A stretch of 64,000 bases of DNA, from assembly GCA_937920105.1 (NCBI GenBank), contig CALETH010000131.1, positions 6,400-70,399 on the forward strand. Direction: 5' to 3'. The first letter of the stretch is position 1, and every line of letters starts with the position of its first letter. The notes beneath the pieces are model-generated. The model searched no databases and was not told the origin of the DNA. It saw nothing but the letters and a program-made list of their open reading frames with translations. Both the position numbers and the translations under genes were made by a program. Below, in pieces: positions 50,529 through 59,418 of this stretch. Source of the DNA: an uncultured Bacteroidota bacterium. GTDB lineage: Bacteria > Bacteroidota > Ignavibacteria > UBA10030 > UBA8401.

Positions 50529-50597
50529 GTCATTCCTGCGAAAGCAGGAATCCAGAAATGCTCAAAAGCGGAAAGAATAACATTTTTTCCGCTTTTG
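50529..50597 (+). terminator. REP-like palindrome followed by rho-independent terminator downstream of nrdJ
   Basis: gtcattcctgcgaaagcaggaatcc, then aaaagcggaaagaataacattttttccgctttt. Confidence 0.7.
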
Positions 50598-50685
50598 TGT
50601 TATATTAGCAGTAGTTCAGTACACAGTAAGCAGTAATCAGAAAAAAATAATTTCCATAATCAATATAATCCACAGTGAAATAATT

Positions 50686-51267
50686 ATGACCCGACAACAA
50701 TTCATTCAACACTCACTAAAAGAAAGTTCAGAAACAAAACTAAAAATTGCTGAACACTGTCCCACAGAAATTTCCAAAGCAATAGATATACTCATCAACG
50801 CATTCAACAATAAAAAGAAAATTCTTTTATGTGGAAACGGCGGCAGTGCTGCCGATGCACAACATCTCGCAACCGAATTTGTTATCCGTCTTTCACCAAC
50901 AATAAAACGTCCCGGACTTCCAGCAATCGCACTCACAACCGATGTGTCAAATCTCACTGCAGGAGCAAATGATATTGGTTATGATAATGTATTCGCACGT
51001 TCTGTTGAAGCATTGGGAAATGAAGGAGATGTTCTTATTGGCATCAGTACCAGTGGAAATTCTCCCAGTGTGAATAATGCATTTGTAAAAGCAAAAGAAA
51101 TGAAAATATCTACCATTGGATTTTTAGGAAAAGATGGTGGAAAAGCAAAACCCCTCGTTGACCTTCCAATAATTATTCCTTCAAATGATACACAACGTAT
51201 CCAAGAAGGACATATCACTATTGGACATATTATTTTTCAACAAGTAGAACAAGAAATGTTTGGATAA
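50686..51267 (+). CDS. gmhA: Sedoheptulose-7-phosphate isomerase / SIS-domain protein (GmhA-DiaA family)
   Basis: ILLCGNGGSAADAQHLATEF, SIS domain. Confidence 0.85.
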   Translation: MTRQQFIQHSLKESSETKLKIAEHCPTEISKAIDILINAFNNKKKILLCGNGGSAADAQHLATEFVIRLSPTIKRPGLPAIALTTDVSNLTAGANDIGYDNVFARSVEALGNEGDVLIGISTSGNSPSVNNAFVKAKEMKISTIGFLGKDGGKAKPLVDLPIIIPSNDTQRIQEGHITIGHIIFQQVEQEMFG

Positions 51268-51299
51268 ATAAAAATAACAACAAAATAAGGAGGTGGGTT

Positions 51300-52028
51300 A
51301 TGAAATTACAAACAAGAAATACGTTGAAAATATTTTGTTATGCTTTTGTATTATCTATATTTTTTGGTAATATATATTCTCAAATTAAAGCAACCACTGA
51401 AGATGGTAAAGAAGTAGTTCTCTATAATAATGGTCAGTGGAAGTATGGGAATAAAACCCTTTCAGAGCAATATGATGAAGTTGCTCAACATGCTAAAACT
51501 ACATTAAAAATGACTGTTGATAAAGATATATCATCAGGAAGAGAAGGGCATGAATATGTGGTAAAATCTATAGAACAAAAAGGGTACATCAGTAAAAATA
51601 AAACTCTTTCAGAACAGTATGATGAAGTTGCTCAGTATGTAAAAACAAAATTAGGAATGTTAGTAAATAAAGATTTGTCATCAGGAAAAGATGGTTATGA
51701 ATATGTAGTAAACTTGATGGAACAAAAAGCATATTTAGGGAATAAAACCCTTTCAGAACAATATGATGAAGTTGCTCAGTATGTGAAAACAAAATTAGGA
51801 ATGTTTGTTCATAAAGATTTATCATCAGGAAAAGAAGGTCAACAATACATTATGAAATTTATAGAGCGAAGAGGATATTTAGATAAAAGTAAAACCCTTT
51901 CAGAGCAATATAATGAAGTTGCTCGCTATGTTGAAACCAAATTAGGAATGACAGTTGACAAAGATTTTTCATCAGGGAAAGAAGGGTATCAATATGTAAA
52001 TAAGTTGATGGAATTGCTTGATAAATAA
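51300..52028 (+). CDS. Secreted protein made of about 5 tandem 48-aa repeats
   Basis: Signal peptide, then repeats NKTLSEQYDEVAQYVKTKLGMxVxKDLSSGKxGYEYVVxLMEQKxYL with about a 144-bp period in the DNA (51440-51990). Confidence 0.6.
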   Translation: MKLQTRNTLKIFCYAFVLSIFFGNIYSQIKATTEDGKEVVLYNNGQWKYGNKTLSEQYDEVAQHAKTTLKMTVDKDISSGREGHEYVVKSIEQKGYISKNKTLSEQYDEVAQYVKTKLGMLVNKDLSSGKDGYEYVVNLMEQKAYLGNKTLSEQYDEVAQYVKTKLGMFVHKDLSSGKEGQQYIMKFIERRGYLDKSKTLSEQYNEVARYVETKLGMTVDKDFSSGKEGYQYVNKLMELLDK

Positions 52029-52064
52029 AATGGAAAATTTGAGTTTAGTAAAAATAATACATAA

Positions 52065-52832
52065 ATGAAATTACTTGCCGATACATATTTCAAACAATAC
52101 AATGATATAATTGGAAATCAAATAGAAAATCTAATTACATCATTCAATTTTGTAGAAAAAAATATTGATTTGGGATATACAACTCAAGCATCAGCCGTGT
52201 ATTCTTCCAATATTGAGGGAAATAGTATTGATTTAAATTCCTATATGAATTATAAATTATCACCACAAAAAACTCCACCTCATAAAGAAATTCAGGAAAT
52301 TGAAAATTTAGTTTTGGCTTATACATTTGCACAATCAAATCCGTTAACCGAAAAAAATCTTTTACAATCTCATAAAATATTTGCACAAACACTGGTAATA
52401 AAAAGTGAACAAGGCAATTATCGCAAAGAAAAAGTTGGCGTTTTTGATACATCCGGATTAGTGTATCTTGCCATTGAACCCGAACACGTACAAAAAACAA
52501 TGAGAGATTTTTTTCATGATGTAGAATTGCTCATAAAAAAAAAATTATCGACAACAGAAACATTGTATTTTGCTTCATTCATTCATTTACTTTTTGCTCA
52601 TATCCATCCCTTTAGAGATGGTAACGGACGTGCTGCACGGTTGCTGGAAAAATGGTTTTTAGCAGAAAAACTTGGTAAAGATTTTTGGAAAATATCTTCG
52701 GAAAAATTTTATAAAGAACATCAACAAGAATATTACCGTAATATCAATTTAGGAATAAATTATTATGAATTGGATTATAATAAATGTATTCCCTTTTTAT
52801 TGATGCTGCCGAACTCTTTAGAGGAGAAATAA
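52065..52832 (+). CDS. Fic-family protein, class II (intramolecular N-terminal inhibitory motif)
   Basis: Fic active-site HPFRDGNGRAAR; N-terminal SSNIEGN fits the [ST]xxxE[GN] inhibitory helix motif. Confidence 0.85.
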   Translation: MKLLADTYFKQYNDIIGNQIENLITSFNFVEKNIDLGYTTQASAVYSSNIEGNSIDLNSYMNYKLSPQKTPPHKEIQEIENLVLAYTFAQSNPLTEKNLLQSHKIFAQTLVIKSEQGNYRKEKVGVFDTSGLVYLAIEPEHVQKTMRDFFHDVELLIKKKLSTTETLYFASFIHLLFAHIHPFRDGNGRAARLLEKWFLAEKLGKDFWKISSEKFYKEHQQEYYRNINLGINYYELDYNKCIPFLLMLPNSLEEK

Positions 52833-52839
52833 AAAATAC

Positions 52840-53649
52840 ATGATACCAATTTTACCCAACATCTTTTTTACTATTGTAATTGTACTACTTACTACTTTTT
52901 TAATTATTTTAACTGAAAAATTTACCAAGAAAGATAAATTAGTTTTCTTTATTATATTTTGCATGGTTTTGATGCAAATATGGCAGGAATGGAACAATCA
53001 GCGAGAGAATGACCAAAATGATTTAAAATTAACGAGTGAACGAAACCAAAGAGATTCTTTAATAACCGTTGGAGTTGAGAAAAACAGAAGAGAACTTTTT
53101 GAGGATATTTCAAAAGCATTTGCAAAACAGGAATTAAAGTTAGATGTAGTAACAAAAGAAATAAGCAGAATTAGAGATTCTACAAAAATTATTACAAATA
53201 ACTTTGGACAACCTGACCCTGTACTTCTTATTAGAAGTAATGGAATTTATTTTAAAACTACCGCTGATTCAATGAATATTTATACTATAAGATTGACTAG
53301 CTTTGATGCGGGTTCGACTAATTTTGACATATCATGTTATATTTTAGCACAATTTATTGATGGAACGTATGATTTTGGTAAAATGAATTTTCCAGGAGGT
53401 GGACAAATACCTAAAAATGGAATTTGTACGACTGACCTGCTTCCAACAAAAATTAAGTGCAATAAAATATACGTTTATTTAAAAGGAACATATACTACAC
53501 TAGATAATATTAAAACTTATAAAATTGATACTGTATATGAATATGATTCAAACCAAAATAATGTAGTAATTGTTAGTCAGAATATTAAAAAGGAACTTGT
53601 AGAAAAAATGAGTCATTTATCTAAGGATTCTAATTTTTTTGAAAAATAA
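52840..53649 (+). CDS. Hypothetical membrane-anchored protein
   Basis: 269 aa, two N-terminal TM helices, no recognisable motif. Confidence 0.45.
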   Translation: MIPILPNIFFTIVIVLLTTFLIILTEKFTKKDKLVFFIIFCMVLMQIWQEWNNQRENDQNDLKLTSERNQRDSLITVGVEKNRRELFEDISKAFAKQELKLDVVTKEISRIRDSTKIITNNFGQPDPVLLIRSNGIYFKTTADSMNIYTIRLTSFDAGSTNFDISCYILAQFIDGTYDFGKMNFPGGGQIPKNGICTTDLLPTKIKCNKIYVYLKGTYTTLDNIKTYKIDTVYEYDSNQNNVVIVSQNIKKELVEKMSHLSKDSNFFEK

Positions 53650-53706
53650 TTTTATATAAAAAATAACACTACTTTCACTTAAACAGTAATTTATCAAAAA
53701 ACCCTT

Positions 53707-54117
53707 ATGCAAAACCAAAACAATCAAACAGACCCAACACCAAAAGTAACAGGAATCGGCGGCATCTTCTTTTTTTCTGAAAACCCTAAAGAAACAAGAG
53801 AATGGTATGCAAAAAATTTGGGACTTGAAGTGAATGACTACGGTTCCACATTTGAATTTAGAGATGTAAAAAATCCGGAAGAAATTGGCTCGCTCCAATG
53901 GAGTCCATTTAAAAAAGGAAGCAAATATTTTGAACCATCAAAAAAAGAATTTATGATAAATTACCGAGTGCAAAATATTGAAGCACTCGTAGAAAAACTC
54001 AAAGCAAACGGAGTAACCATATTGGATGACATTGCAAGTTACGACTACGGAAAATTTGTCCATATTATGGATGCAGAAGGCAACAAAATTGAACTCTGGG
54101 AGCCAATAAATAAATAA
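53707..54117 (+). CDS. VOC-family (glyoxalase/bleomycin-resistance fold) protein
   Basis: 136 aa, beta-alpha-beta-beta-beta pattern (ITGIGGIFFFSENPKETREWYAKNLGLEV ... HIMDAEGNKIELWEP). Confidence 0.6.
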   Translation: MQNQNNQTDPTPKVTGIGGIFFFSENPKETREWYAKNLGLEVNDYGSTFEFRDVKNPEEIGSLQWSPFKKGSKYFEPSKKEFMINYRVQNIEALVEKLKANGVTILDDIASYDYGKFVHIMDAEGNKIELWEPINK

Positions 54118-54143
54118 AATTCATTATTGTAAGAATATACATT

Positions 54144-54578
54144 ATGAAATTATCACAATTCAAATACTATTTAGAAACCGTTCCACAATTACATTTTGTT
54201 CAGCCCAATGGAACGTTGATTCCAAAACATTTTCATATAACAGAAGCGGGCTTAACCACGAAACATTTTATTGATTGTGGTGGAACAGTGCGAATGGAAA
54301 AAACAGTGAGTTTGCAGATTTGGGTTGCTAATGATTTTGACCACCGTCTTGAACCACAAAAATTGAAAAAAATTCTAAGTATTGCGGAAAATTTATTTGG
54401 AAATGAAGATTTAGAAGTTGAAATAGAATATCAAACGGAAACAATTAGTCGATACGGCCTAGATTTTAATGGAGCAAATTTTTTGCTGGTAACGAAACAA
54501 ACAGAGTGTTTAGCAAAAGACCATTGTAAAACACCAACAATTGAAGCATCGTGTTGTTCAACAGACAAATGTTGTTAA
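54144..54578 (+). CDS. Hypothetical protein with Cys-rich C-terminus
   Basis: 144 aa; C-terminal CLAKDHC...SCCSTDKCC. Confidence 0.45.
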   Translation: MKLSQFKYYLETVPQLHFVQPNGTLIPKHFHITEAGLTTKHFIDCGGTVRMEKTVSLQIWVANDFDHRLEPQKLKKILSIAENLFGNEDLEVEIEYQTETISRYGLDFNGANFLLVTKQTECLAKDHCKTPTIEASCCSTDKCC

Positions 54579-54610
54579 CTTAATATTGTAATTATTTTTT
54601 ACTGATAGTT

Positions 54611-56038
54611 ATGAAAACCTCAACCCAACATATCACCACATCACTCTTTGATTTATTCAAAGTCGGACCAGGTCCATCAAGTTCGCACACCATCGGACCG
54701 ATGAAAGCCGCGTACAATTTTCTTCAAGAACTCAAAAAACTTCCTGATACAACTGTTGCAATTAACGCAACACTTGAAGTTACTCTTTACGGCTCACTCA
54801 GTGCAACAGGAAAAGGACACGGTACGGATAGAGCAATTGTTGCTGGTTTATTAGGCTGGCTTCCCGAAGAATGCAATCCGGAAAAATTTTCTCATTTAGT
54901 TTCTAGTGAAAAAGATAATTATGCTATCAGTGTTCCTGGTTGTAAACCAATTTTATTTTCTGCGAAAAATATTCATTTTGAACGTGGCAGATTTGATTTT
55001 CCACATCCCAACACACTCATAATTCGTCTTATCAATGAAAATGGCAATGTTATTTTGGAACACGAATATTATTCCATTGGTGGTGGATTTATTATCCGAA
55101 AAGGAGAGCAGCAGCAAAAATCTGATGTAATCCCACCATATCCATATTCCACAATGAAAGAATTAAAAAATCATCTCCAAAAAAATTCTCTTTCATTAAC
55201 GGAATTAGTTATAGAAAATGAAATCGCAATTTCTCATCTCACAAAAGAAGAAGTTTATAAGAAGATGGAAAACATTTTGCAATTTATGCACAATGCTGTA
55301 GAACGCGGATTACATACAGAAGGAGTTTTGCCTGGTTCAATTCAACTTCATAGAAAAGCACCATCACTTTTTCAAAAAGCAGAAGCATTTTCCCAATCTT
55401 CACAACAAGAAAAGCCGCAAGCCCAAAATCAAGCCCAAAACCAAGATAGCTTTTTAATTTTTCTCAATGCATATTGTGAAGCCGCATCAGAAGAAAATGC
55501 GGCAGGAAATATTGTAGTAACCGCACCAACTTCCGGTGCATCCGGAGTTATTCCCGGAATTACCTATCTTCTCAAACATCATTATCATTACGATACCAAA
55601 AAAATTTGTGAAGGTATGTTTGTTGCTGCTGTTATCGGATTTTTGGTAAAACATAACGCCAGCATTTCCGGAGCAGAGATGGGGTGTATGGGAGAAATCG
55701 GAACTGCCTCCGCAATGGGAGCAGCAATGTTAGCCCATTGTGCAGGACATTCTGTTGATGTTATTGAAGCCGCTGCAGAAATCGCGATTGAACATCACCT
55801 CGGAATGACGTGTGACCCAATTGGTGGTTACGTGCAGATTCCTTGTATAGAACGCAATGCTATGGGAGCGGTGAAAGCATACAACGCCTATCTTCTTGCC
55901 TCGTTAGGAAATCACGCCTACCAAAAAATTTCTTTGGATAATGTTATTAAGGTAATGAAAGCCACCGGAGATGATATGTCTAAAAAATATAAAGAAACTT
56001 CCGAAGCAGGTTTAGCATTGAGTAGTACAGAATGTTGA
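54611..56038 (+). CDS. sdaA: L-serine dehydratase, iron-sulfur-dependent, single chain
   Basis: FKVGPGPSSSHTIGPM N-terminus, alpha-type C-terminal half with Cys ligands. Confidence 0.9.
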   Translation: MKTSTQHITTSLFDLFKVGPGPSSSHTIGPMKAAYNFLQELKKLPDTTVAINATLEVTLYGSLSATGKGHGTDRAIVAGLLGWLPEECNPEKFSHLVSSEKDNYAISVPGCKPILFSAKNIHFERGRFDFPHPNTLIIRLINENGNVILEHEYYSIGGGFIIRKGEQQQKSDVIPPYPYSTMKELKNHLQKNSLSLTELVIENEIAISHLTKEEVYKKMENILQFMHNAVERGLHTEGVLPGSIQLHRKAPSLFQKAEAFSQSSQQEKPQAQNQAQNQDSFLIFLNAYCEAASEENAAGNIVVTAPTSGASGVIPGITYLLKHHYHYDTKKICEGMFVAAVIGFLVKHNASISGAEMGCMGEIGTASAMGAAMLAHCAGHSVDVIEAAAEIAIEHHLGMTCDPIGGYVQIPCIERNAMGAVKAYNAYLLASLGNHAYQKISLDNVIKVMKATGDDMSKKYKETSEAGLALSSTEC

Positions 56039-56676
56039 AATATTTTCCTCAAAAAAAGAAAAAACGTACTCCCCAACAATTACACTACATCGTTTTTTAT
56101 AAACCCTTCAATGTACTTTGTCAGTTTACGGATAACTCTATTCCTAAAAGAGCAATATTATCAGATTTTGGAAATTTTCCATCGGATGTATATCCAGTTG
56201 GACGTTTGGATTTTGATAGTGAAGGTTTGCTTCTTCTTACGAATGATAATATTCTCAAACACAAATTACTTTCTCCAAAATTTGAACACCCGCGAACATA
56301 TCTTGTACAAGTAGAAAAAATTCCCGATAACACTGCCATAGAAAAATTACAAAAGGGAGTTGTTATTGAAGGCAAGAAAACAAAACCTGCAAAAGTAGAA
56401 TTATTGTTGAATGAACCAGAATTACCACCACGTAATCCTCCAATTCGATTTCGAAAATATATTCCAACATCATGGTTAAAAATTACTCTTACGGAAGGAC
56501 GTAACAGACAGGTAAGAAAAATGACTGCATGTGTTGGACATCCAACATTACGATTGGTAAGAATTACTTTTGGAAATATTACTCTTGATTCACTTGTTCC
56601 GGGTGAGATGAGAAAGCTGAGTGAGGAAGAGATAAAATTCTTAAAGAATTCAGAAAATCAATACTTGTCAACTTGA
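56032..56676 (+). CDS. RsuA/RluE-family rRNA pseudouridine synthase (no S4 domain)
   Basis: VYPVGRLDFDSEGLLLLTNDN catalytic Asp motif; the stop codon lies inside a short palindrome tacttgtcaacttgacaagt. Confidence 0.8.
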   Translation: MLKYFPQKKKKRTPQQLHYIVFYKPFNVLCQFTDNSIPKRAILSDFGNFPSDVYPVGRLDFDSEGLLLLTNDNILKHKLLSPKFEHPRTYLVQVEKIPDNTAIEKLQKGVVIEGKKTKPAKVELLLNEPELPPRNPPIRFRKYIPTSWLKITLTEGRNRQVRKMTACVGHPTLRLVRITFGNITLDSLVPGEMRKLSEEEIKFLKNSENQYLST

Positions 56677-56708
56677 CAAGTTCAAAATAGTTTCGTACCA
56701 TTCTTATT

Positions 56709-56954
56709 ATGAAAACATTACCAGTTGGAGAACTTAAAACTCATTTTTCGGAAGCAATGGAAAGTGTACGCAAAGGAGAAAAAATTTGTGTACTGTATGG
56801 AAAAAAGAAAAAACCAATAGCCATGATAGTTCCGTACACCATACAAAAAAAGAAACAAAGAAAAATCGGTTTGCTTGATGGAAAAGTAAAAGTAAAATTT
56901 TCTCCTCATTTCACGATAACAGAAGAAGAATTTTTACATGAAATATCTTCTTGA
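56709..56954 (+). CDS. Phd/YefM-type antitoxin (VapB-like)
   Basis: 81 aa, MKTLPVGELKTHFSEAMESVRKGEKICVLYGKKKKPIAMIVP; overlaps the downstream PIN gene. Confidence 0.65.
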   Translation: MKTLPVGELKTHFSEAMESVRKGEKICVLYGKKKKPIAMIVPYTIQKKKQRKIGLLDGKVKVKFSPHFTITEEEFLHEISS

Positions 56955-57336
56955 TACGCATACACTTATTTGGTCTATAACAGATTCTCGTAGACTTTCT
57001 CCTCGTATTCTTGAATTACTACGAAATTCTGATAATGAAATTTTTGTTTCTGTGATTTCATTGTGGGAAATTTCATTAAAGTATAAACTCGGAAAACTAA
57101 TATTGAATAATTTATCTCCCGAAGATTTTCCTTCTCTTATCAAAAAATTACACTATGAACTTATTACATTGACGGGAGAAGAAGTGAGTACTTATCATTT
57201 ACTTAACGAACACACTCACAAAGACCCTTTTGATAGAATGTTGGCTTGGCAGGCAATACAACGAAAAATTGTTGTTATTACAAAAGATTCAAAGTTTGAA
57301 CTTTTTACTCCATTAGGTTTAGAGATTTTTTGGTAA
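56938..57336 (+). CDS. vapC: PIN-domain toxin VapC
   Basis: 132 aa, MKYLLDTHTLIW...SVISLWEISLK...ITKD acidic quartet pattern. Confidence 0.8.
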   Translation: MKYLLDTHTLIWSITDSRRLSPRILELLRNSDNEIFVSVISLWEISLKYKLGKLILNNLSPEDFPSLIKKLHYELITLTGEEVSTYHLLNEHTHKDPFDRMLAWQAIQRKIVVITKDSKFELFTPLGLEIFW

Positions 57337-57357
57337 AACGTTTTTGATATTGTCTAT

Positions 57358-57401
57358 AAGCGGACTTGTCCCGTTTACACGGGATGAAAATCCGCTTTTT
57401 T
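57358..57401 (+). terminator. Compound hairpin plus T-run
   Basis: aagcggacttgtcccgtttacacgggatgaaaatccgctttttt; the inner tcccg-N6-cggga is the same motif as at 5656. Confidence 0.65.
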
Positions 57402-57588
57402 ATTTTTTTGTAGATGCTAAAAATCCATCACACTGTAATACAGGCAATCGCGGATATTTTGGAAATGCTTTATCCTCTTTATTTTTTTCACATAAATGAA
57501 AAATACTTCCACGAGTATTTTTTATGATGGTGTGAAAAGAGCAGTCTTTACACAATCCTATTTTATCATCGGTACTTTTACGTTCCAT
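57400..57588 (-). CDS. Small Cys-containing hypothetical protein (uncertain)
   Basis: 62 aa with CKDC...HLC...C spacing; overlaps hutU 3' end by 31 nt; could be spurious. Confidence 0.25.
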   Translation of the reverse strand: MERKSTDDKIGLCKDCSFHTIIKNTRGSIFHLCEKNKEDKAFPKYPRLPVLQCDGFLASTKK

Positions 57589-59177
57589 TGTTTTGCATTT
57601 TTTATTGCACGTTCATAACCTGCATCAGCATGTCGGATAATTCCCATTCCCGGGTCGTACGTTAGTACACGTTCTAATCGGGCTTCGGCATCTTTAGTTC
57701 CATCGGCAACAACCACCATTCCCGCATGAAGAGATAAACCAATTCCCACACCGCCACCGTGATGCACACTTACCCAACTTGCTCCGCCAACGGCATTTAA
57801 AAGAGCATTCAAAATTGGCCAATCAGCAATAGCATCGCTGCCGTCTTTCATTTTTTCCGTTTCGCGATTTGGTGATGCAACCGAACCACAATCCAAATGG
57901 TCTCTTCCAATAACAATTGGGGCGCTGACTTTTCCTTTGGCAACAAGTGTGTTAAAAATCTTTCCCATCTTTGCACGTTCTCCGTATCCTAACCAGCAAA
58001 TGCGAGCGGGAATCCCTTGAAAAGAAATTTGTTTTTGTGCTTTTTCAATCCACGTACATAATTGTTTATTTTCTGGAAATGCTTTGAGAATTGCTTCATC
58101 GGTGCGGTAAATATCTTCAGGGTTTCCGGAAAGTGCGACCCAACGAAAAGGTCCTTTCCCATCACAAAAGAGTGGACGAATATATTCAGGAACAAATCCC
58201 GGAATATCAAACGCATTTTTTAGACCGTTGGCAAGTGCTTCTCCGCGAATATTATTTCCGTAATCAAAAACAACAGCACCTTTTTTTTGCAAAGTCAGCA
58301 TTGCCTTTACATGTTCTGTGATGGATTGTTGTGCAAGTGCAATATATTTTTTTGGATTTTTTTTGCGGAGTTCTACTGCTTTTGTGTAGGTCATTCCCGC
58401 AGGAACATATCCGTTTAATGTATCATGTGCGGAAGTTTGGTCTGTAACAATGTCTGGTAAAAATTTTCCTTTTGCAATTTGTGGAATTATTTCTGCGGCA
58501 TTTCCTAATAATCCAACAGAAAGCGGTTGTTTTTTTTCTTTTGCTTGCTGAATAATTTTTAATGCTTCTTCAAGAGAAGTTGTGAACACATCCAAATATT
58601 TTGTTTGCAATCTTTTTTTAATACGTTCTTCATCAACTTCTATAGCAAGACATGCAGCACCGTTCATTGTTGCAGCGAGTGGTTGTGCACCGCCCATTCC
58701 GCCAAGTCCGGCAGTGAGAAGAAATTTTCCGGCAAGTGTTCCGTTAAAATATTTTTGTGCAGCAGCGGCAAAGGTTTCGTAGGTTCCTTGCACAATTCCT
58801 TGCGAGCCGATGTATATCCAACTTCCAGCCGTCATTTGTCCGTACATTGTTAACCCGAGTGCTTCAAGTCTGCGAAATTCATTCCATGTTGCCCAATGTG
58901 GTACGAGCATAGAATTAGAAATTAATACTCGTGGTGCATTGGTGTGCGTGCGAAAAATTCCGACAGGTTTTCCGGATTGGATAAGAAGTGTTTCATCGTT
59001 CTCTAAAGTTTTTAAACTTTTTACAATTGCTTCATAACATTCCCAGTTGCGTGCGGCTTTTCCTGTTCCGCCGTACACAATAAGTTCATTGGGATTTTCT
59101 GCAACTTCTGGGTTGAGGTTGTTTTGGAGCATTCGGAGTGCGGCTTCTTGTAGCCAGCCTTTACAGGTGAATTTCAT
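57558..59177 (-). CDS. hutU: Urocanate hydratase
   Basis: [26 protein letters not shown]-terminus and NAD-binding [13 protein letters not shown] at 59177 preferred; the track ORF extends to TTG 59201. Confidence 0.93.
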   Translation of the reverse strand: MKFTCKGWLQEAALRMLQNNLNPEVAENPNELIVYGGTGKAARNWECYEAIVKSLKTLENDETLLIQSGKPVGIFRTHTNAPRVLISNSMLVPHWATWNEFRRLEALGLTMYGQMTAGSWIYIGSQGIVQGTYETFAAAAQKYFNGTLAGKFLLTAGLGGMGGAQPLAATMNGAACLAIEVDEERIKKRLQTKYLDVFTTSLEEALKIIQQAKEKKQPLSVGLLGNAAEIIPQIAKGKFLPDIVTDQTSAHDTLNGYVPAGMTYTKAVELRKKNPKKYIALAQQSITEHVKAMLTLQKKGAVVFDYGNNIRGEALANGLKNAFDIPGFVPEYIRPLFCDGKGPFRWVALSGNPEDIYRTDEAILKAFPENKQLCTWIEKAQKQISFQGIPARICWLGYGERAKMGKIFNTLVAKGKVSAPIVIGRDHLDCGSVASPNRETEKMKDGSDAIADWPILNALLNAVGGASWVSVHHGGGVGIGLSLHAGMVVVADGTKDAEARLERVLTYDPGMGIIRHADAGYERAIKNAKQWNVKVPMIK

Positions 59178-59297
59178 AATATTTTTGACCATGATTTTCA
59201 AGATTAAAGGATTATTATGATTTGAATTGTGTAAGATGTGAATTAAATGATAACATTTTTTAATTATTATCTTTTTGTATTAGAAAATAACTGTATA

Positions 59298-59333
59298 TAG
59301 ACTACAAAAAATTTAAAAACTTTTGTAGTCTCA
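59298..59333. repeat. Palindromic repeat AGAC-stem-TTTAAAAA-stem-GTCT (variant C)
   Basis: tagactacaaaaaatttaaaaacttttgtagtctca in the divergent hutU / response-regulator intergenic region; a second imperfect palindrome actattgtcttttataagacgatagt follows. Confidence 0.7.
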
Positions 59334-59418
59334 TTTTTATTTTCTCTTTTGTAATTTTTAGACTATTGTCTTTTATAAGACGATAGTTTATTTTGAAAGC
59401 ATTATAATATAAAAAAAT

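Noticed and set aside
51440-51990. Possible CRISPR-like or intergenic tandem repeat array
   Set aside because: The 144-bp periodic repeats are in-frame coding repeats of one secreted protein; no short direct repeats with unique spacers were seen anywhere in the window.
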